DNA of 64,000 nt from positions 179,167 through 243,166 of the IMG/VR virus record IMGVR_UViG_3300042560_001323; one strand, given 5' to 3'. The position numbers and the translations under genes are program-made. The notes under the pieces were generated by a model. It saw only the letters and a list, made by a program, of their open reading frames with translations, was not told where the DNA came from and did not search any database. Within the stretch, counting starts at the first letter, position 1. Every line of letters begins with the position of its first letter. Below, in pieces: positions 59,741 through 64,000 of this stretch.

Positions 59741-60207
59741 TCAATAAGAAACACACCGGACGGAACGCACACAGTAAGTGCTGCTCTTGTAGTTGGTGTA
59801 GTGGTAACCACTATTGGAGAAGCGGATGCCACAAGCGCAAGACGCATTGAACTCGCTAGAACTCCAATAGCTTGCCTTATTAAATTCATTAGGAATTACT
59901 TTATATGCAAGTTTCAGTTGTTCTACTGAAGGGATAAACCATTGAGACTTATTAAACCCTTCTTCCGCAAGTCTATCAAAGACTTCTGAGAACTCTTTGG
60001 ACCACTTACAATTAACTTCCGTCGATTTCGGTGCAACAAGAAGGGCAAGACCGTTTTCTTTCTTTAGAACAATTGAACCGTCTTCAAGGGTATCACCAAC
60101 GACGGCTTCTTGAATGGTTGGTGTTTTTTATTCAGTTGTTCCTTTAGTCTACTCAGTTGTTCTTCGGTTTCTTGAATAGACTTAAGGAGTTGTTGCTTGG
60201 TGTTCAT
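59741..60207 (-). pseudogene. DUF1566/C-type-lectin-like protein, copy 1, frameshifted in an A-run at about 60125
   Basis: MNTKQQLLKSIQETEEQLSRLKEQLNKK then -1 frame TPTIQEAVVGDTLEDG...WFIPSVEQL...YWSSSE...CVRSVRCVSY. Confidence 0.75.
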
Positions 60208-60488
60208 TTGAAAAACAGTGGTTGACTTGTATAGAATACCAGATTATCATTCCCCGTCTTGCTCTACTGTGCCAGTTCTTATTGTGACACAATAATCCAA
60301 ATAATCACTATTTGATTTTCTACCATCCCTCAAATAAGACGTAACAATGACGGGCACCATATCGGGCCACTTATATGCCCCAGTATCCTCTAGACCTTCG
60401 GATACGCCAGTAACTTCTACTTAACCGCCGTCTGGGGTTTTGTAGATCTTAGTGCCAAACTGTTTTGCTGCAGAAGGACTATAAAATG

Positions 60489-60707
60489 CTAGTCTTTGCA
60501 TGGTGAGCAAGAGTAAATAAACTTCAAAAATGCCGACACTTTACCATCATCGTAGAAACAATCTGCTTCTTTCGGGATAATAATAGACGGGTTCTCATCC
60601 ATAAATCGGCCACTAAGAAACTGTCCGTATCTTAGACCCCCTTTATGTGTATGTGTATGCCATGCAGAGTTTGCATCTCTCAAAAACAATTCGGGGCAGA
60701 ATTCCAT
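60489..60707 (-). CDS. Early-region hypothetical
   Basis: ORF track; palindrome + TATTCT promoter upstream. Confidence 0.6.
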   Translation of the reverse strand: MEFCPELFLRDANSAWHTHTHKGGLRYGQFLSGRFMDENPSIIIPKEADCFYDDGKVSAFLKFIYSCSPCKD

Positions 60708-60914
60708 CAGTGGTTGGAGCGGTTGACTCTTATAGAATACCAGAATCTGTGGCCTGGGGGGAGTCGGTGTGCCAGTTTGTTGGCCGGCTGGGGGTTCTTT
60801 ATACTTTGTGATTTTTCGGTGATTCTATTTGCGGGCGGGTGTTCGTGTGCATTTGGTGCAGGGTTGTTGATCGTTTTATATAAGGCGGGCCAAGTCCACT
60901 AAGACTGGCCACAC

Positions 60915-61154
60915 GAGAACTATTTTTAATAAGAGAGAACTATTTTTAATAAGAGAGAACTATTTTTAATAAGAGAGAACTATTTTTAATAAGAGAGAAC
61001 GGATTTTAATAAGAGAGAACGGATTTTAATAAGAGAGAACGGATTTTAATAAGAGAGAACTATTTTTAATAAGAGAGAACTATTTTTAATAAGAGAGAAC
61101 TATTTTTAATAAGAGAGAACTATTTTTAATAAGAGAGAACTATTTTTAATAAGA
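60915..61154. repeat. Tandem array of 20-bp units TATTTTTAATAAGAGAGAAC (11 full units, three with GGATTTT variant) plus degenerate flanks to about 61305
   Basis: Directly visible periodicity. Confidence 0.95.
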
Positions 61155-61800
61155 AGAAATGACTATAAACAGTTTACAATAAGACTAGCCAACATAAAAT
61201 GACTTTTAATAAGAAGGAATAGCTATAAACAGTTTACACTAAGACCGGCCACACAATAATGACTTTTAATAAGATATACCAACTAAGAATGGTTCTCAAT
61301 AAGATACTTTTGGATACTATCCAAAAACACCATAAAAAACAATAATAAACGATTAAACAATAAAAAATGACCATTTTTAGTGGTCATTTTAGATAAATTC
61401 AAAACGGCACACTGTTATACGCAACCTTAAACATCATACAGCATCCTGTGCAGATTGCTCACTATACATAACAGCTCGAGCTGATTGATTGGCTGGATTA
61501 TCCTGAACTAAAGGTTCGTGCCATTCACCAGCACAAGGAGTTTCGTCAGTGAAACTCAACACAAACTTATCTGGGTTCTTAAGATAAGATTACAGAACCC
61601 GTGCTTTCATCGTATCAGAATAGGCATGAAATGTTAGAGGGTGTTGAATTTTATCAAATCCAGATTCAACAATAGACTTAGTGGAAATACCACCAATGAT
61701 TTGCACCTTGATTGTTTTCATTGTCTTTGTGTGGTTGACTTCGTTAGTTTAGGCTATGTTCTGGTTGGTTTGGTGGTCGCTTGTGCCAGTTTATTGACTG

Positions 61801-62337
61801 TCACGGTACAAATTCTACCCTATTATTAATATGTTCTTGCAACAACAATCTCCAATTTGTGAGTCCTTGTTTTATCTTTTCATTATAGTCTTCAATAAGA
61901 TAAGAATCAATTACTGTAATCTTTTTCTCGAGATACCAGAAGTGTGCATCTGTTGGATTACGGAATTCTTTCTCTAATCTCTTTCCGTTTCTATTTTTAC
62001 ATCCTGCACGATAGCATTTGTTTGCAGTATGATAATGGACTCCTAACGGCAGTTCACCTCTATCATTATGACGAAGAGTAAACAATGAATTGAGTGCTAG
62101 TGGTAAGAATAAACAGGTTTCTGCTGAATAAATCTTATTTCTTGGAAATAGCAAATCTTTATCTAATTGCCACCCGTCAACATAATTCTCATCAAACCAT
62201 ACTTTATAGTTGGAGAGTGTATGCCATTCTTCACTGACAGTACAACCAATGTATGTTGGTCTTTTTATATGAAAGGAAGGTGAATAACACCTTATAAAAA
62301 TACTCTTCCAAGAATTATAAAGTTTTTTATCTGCCAT
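61801..62337 (-). CDS. Putative HNH-type phage endonuclease (start MADKKLYNSW)
   Basis: RPTYIGCTVSEEW...F.ENYV.GWQLDKDLL....KIYS.ETCLFLP..LNSLF...LP.GV motif; start reassigned from 62481. Confidence 0.65.
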   Translation of the reverse strand: MADKKLYNSWKSIFIRCYSPSFHIKRPTYIGCTVSEEWHTLSNYKVWFDENYVDGWQLDKDLLFPRNKIYSAETCLFLPLALNSLFTLRHNDRGELPLGVHYHTANKCYRAGCKNRNGKRLEKEFRNPTDAHFWYLEKKITVIDSYLIEDYNEKIKQGLTNWRLLLQEHINNRVEFVP

Positions 62338-62338
62338 T

Positions 62339-63031
62339 TCAATAAGAAACACACCTGAAAGCCCGCACACAGAGAGCGTTGCTCTTGGTGATGTTCTGGG
62401 TACGATTATTGAAGTAGACGTGACAAGAGAAAGGGGCAGTGTTCTCGCTAGAACTCCAATACCATACCCTATTAAATTCATCAGGAATTACTTTATGTGC
62501 AAGTTTCAGTTGTTCTACTGAAGGGATAAACCATTGAGAAGAAATAAACCCTTGTTCTGTAAGTTTATCGAAGACTTCTGAAAATTCCTTGGACCACTTA
62601 CAATTAACTTCCGTTGATTTGGGTGCAACCACCAGGGCAAGACCGTTTTCTTTTTTAATAACAATTGAACCGTCTTCAAGGGTATCACCTACTTCTGCAT
62701 TTTCAATTGTAGGTGCCTTTTTGGATTTAAGTTGTTCCTTTAGTCTACTCAGTTGTTGTTCAGTGTCCTTAATAGACTGGAGCAGTTGTAGTTTAGGCTG
62801 TGTTTTTACGATCATTACAATGTCCATTGGGTGTTCGTAATCGTAATTGTAATCGTAATTGTAGACATAATTTCCTTCTGCGGTCCAAGTTTCAGTCCCC
62901 CATAATACTTCCATTTTGAATGGATAGACACTTCCATTTGTGTGTGCCTTAATGATGCCCGTAAGAACTTCACCGTTGCGTAGAGTAATCCTTACTTCGG
63001 TGTTGAGGAATTTGGAGAGATTGATAGTCAT
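62339..63031 (-). CDS. DUF1566/C-type-lectin-like protein, copy 2, with extra N-terminal domain
   Basis: WFIPSVEQL...WYWSSSE...CVRAFRCVSY; start reassigned to MTINLSKF. Confidence 0.75.
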   Translation of the reverse strand: MTINLSKFLNTEVRITLRNGEVLTGIIKAHTNGSVYPFKMEVLWGTETWTAEGNYVYNYDYNYDYEHPMDIVMIVKTQPKLQLLQSIKDTEQQLSRLKEQLKSKKAPTIENAEVGDTLEDGSIVIKKENGLALVVAPKSTEVNCKWSKEFSEVFDKLTEQGFISSQWFIPSVEQLKLAHKVIPDEFNRVWYWSSSENTAPFSCHVYFNNRTQNITKSNALCVRAFRCVSY

Positions 63032-63380
63032 TTGGTGTTGTTGGGTGAACAGAGCAAGACCTAGCTCAAAATGAAACCAATCGGCTTCATAGGCCTCGTA
63101 AGTTTGGTAGGATGAGCGGTTTTTCTTGACATTTTCGATGCAAAATTCTAGGGAATCTTTTGTGTAGTAAGATGCACTAGCAAACGGTTTGGTACACATT
63201 GCCAGGCCGTCTTTAGTCAGTTGCCAATTGCCCAGTTGCCCAGTTGCATTAGAACCACTCGGAGGAATGTTTAGTATTACAGGTAAATCAATATTCTGCG
63301 GAAGTCATTGTTCGGTAGCAGTGAACGTTTGTATTCTACGGGTAACGGATGCCAGTCCTAGTTGCCATTGTGCCAGTTAA

Positions 63381-63995
63381 TCAACCGGCCGCAAAACCTT
63401 CAAACATCGGTAGAAAAACAGGTTTCTCAATACCTCCAATTAGTTCATAAGTGGCAGACCCGGCGGCAGACCCGGCGGCATCCCAGGCGGCATCCCCGGC
63501 GGCAGACCCGGCGGCATTCCTGGCGGCATACCAGGCGGCAGACCCGGCGGCATTCCTGGCGGCAGACCAGGCGGCATAGTCTAGGGCGCGGTAGCGGCGG
63601 GCAACTTCTTTCCATTGGTCGGCAGTAAGACTATCCATGAACCACCAGAAGTTAAGGACCGCCCGGTAGTTCTTGCCGATGTATTTCTTGGGATTGGTTA
63701 GAACATCAGACGGGGCTCCAGGTTCACCATCGTTAATTCTGCGAAGAAGAACCGAATGTGCAACTGAAATACCGAGCAGTCGGGCAACTTCTTGGTCGGC
63801 TTTAGATTGTTCGGTGTTGCGGAGCTGTTCCTCGCTATAACCGCCAATCTTGTATAGTACCTGACCTTGAGCACACATACAGGTTGTTGGTTCTTTACCA
63901 TCTTTAGGTGGTTCACTGGAGATAAGACTATTCTTAAAGGGGATGTTGCGGGGATCTTCCCAGAAAGCCAGAAGTGTTTCGGCTGCGGTGTTCAT
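63381..63995 (-). CDS. Hypothetical with AAxx tetrapeptide repeats
   Basis: 10 x GCCGCCNGGNNT units; paralog of 49307-49969. Confidence 0.75.
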   Translation of the reverse strand: MNTAAETLLAFWEDPRNIPFKNSLISSEPPKDGKEPTTCMCAQGQVLYKIGGYSEEQLRNTEQSKADQEVARLLGISVAHSVLLRRINDGEPGAPSDVLTNPKKYIGKNYRAVLNFWWFMDSLTADQWKEVARRYRALDYAAWSAARNAAGSAAWYAARNAAGSAAGDAAWDAAGSAAGSATYELIGGIEKPVFLPMFEGFAAG

Positions 63996-64000
63996 TGGTG

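Noticed and set aside
60115-60135. Programmed frameshift in lectin-like copy 1
   Set aside because: A single missing A in an A-run. Together with similar homopolymer anomalies (45530, G11 at 48308), sequencing error or pseudogenisation is at least as likely.
60915-61154. Possible CRISPR array
   Set aside because: Units are contiguous with no unique spacers; it is a plain tandem repeat.
61430-61720. Stop-codon recoding (in-frame TAA within an apparent ORF MKTIKVQ...ARVL*SYLKNP)
   Set aside because: Isolated case; all core genes are intact under the standard code, so there is no evidence for an alternative code.
63362-63628. Plus-strand ORF with RRQTRRH repeats (protamine-like)
   Set aside because: It is the antisense shadow of the GCCGCCNGGNNT repeat in the minus-strand gene.

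Overview
A 64-kb segment of a T4-like cyanomyophage genome, with almost all genes on the minus strand. Low coordinates (1-44 kb) hold the virion module: gp25-gp6-gp7-gp8, a DUF4815-type structural gene broken in two, gp13-gp14-gp15-gp16, gp17, gp18-gp19-gp20, then tail-fibre-like genes. Coordinates 44-52 kb hold internal-protein-like genes, small hypotheticals and a psbA remnant. Coordinates 52-64 kb are an early-gene region of small cassettes with repeated regulatory modules. The packaging genes are heavily parasitised. The portal carries a 460-aa HNH-containing intein. The terminase is fractured into two genes joined by an atypically split intein, and an intact RNA-guided TnpB element sits between the halves, apparently in place of a decayed homing endonuclease. 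A second TnpB copy and a ~105-bp deleted derivative are also present; the derivative lies at the break in the DUF4815 gene. Other notable items: psbA reduced to exon 1 + a complete group I intron + the extreme C-terminal exon; at least 7 plus-strand promoter-motif-terminator units that look like a dispersed small-RNA family; DGR-like adenine-patterned variation in early genes; and a 20-bp tandem array. All calls are by eye from the sequence; no database searches were run.
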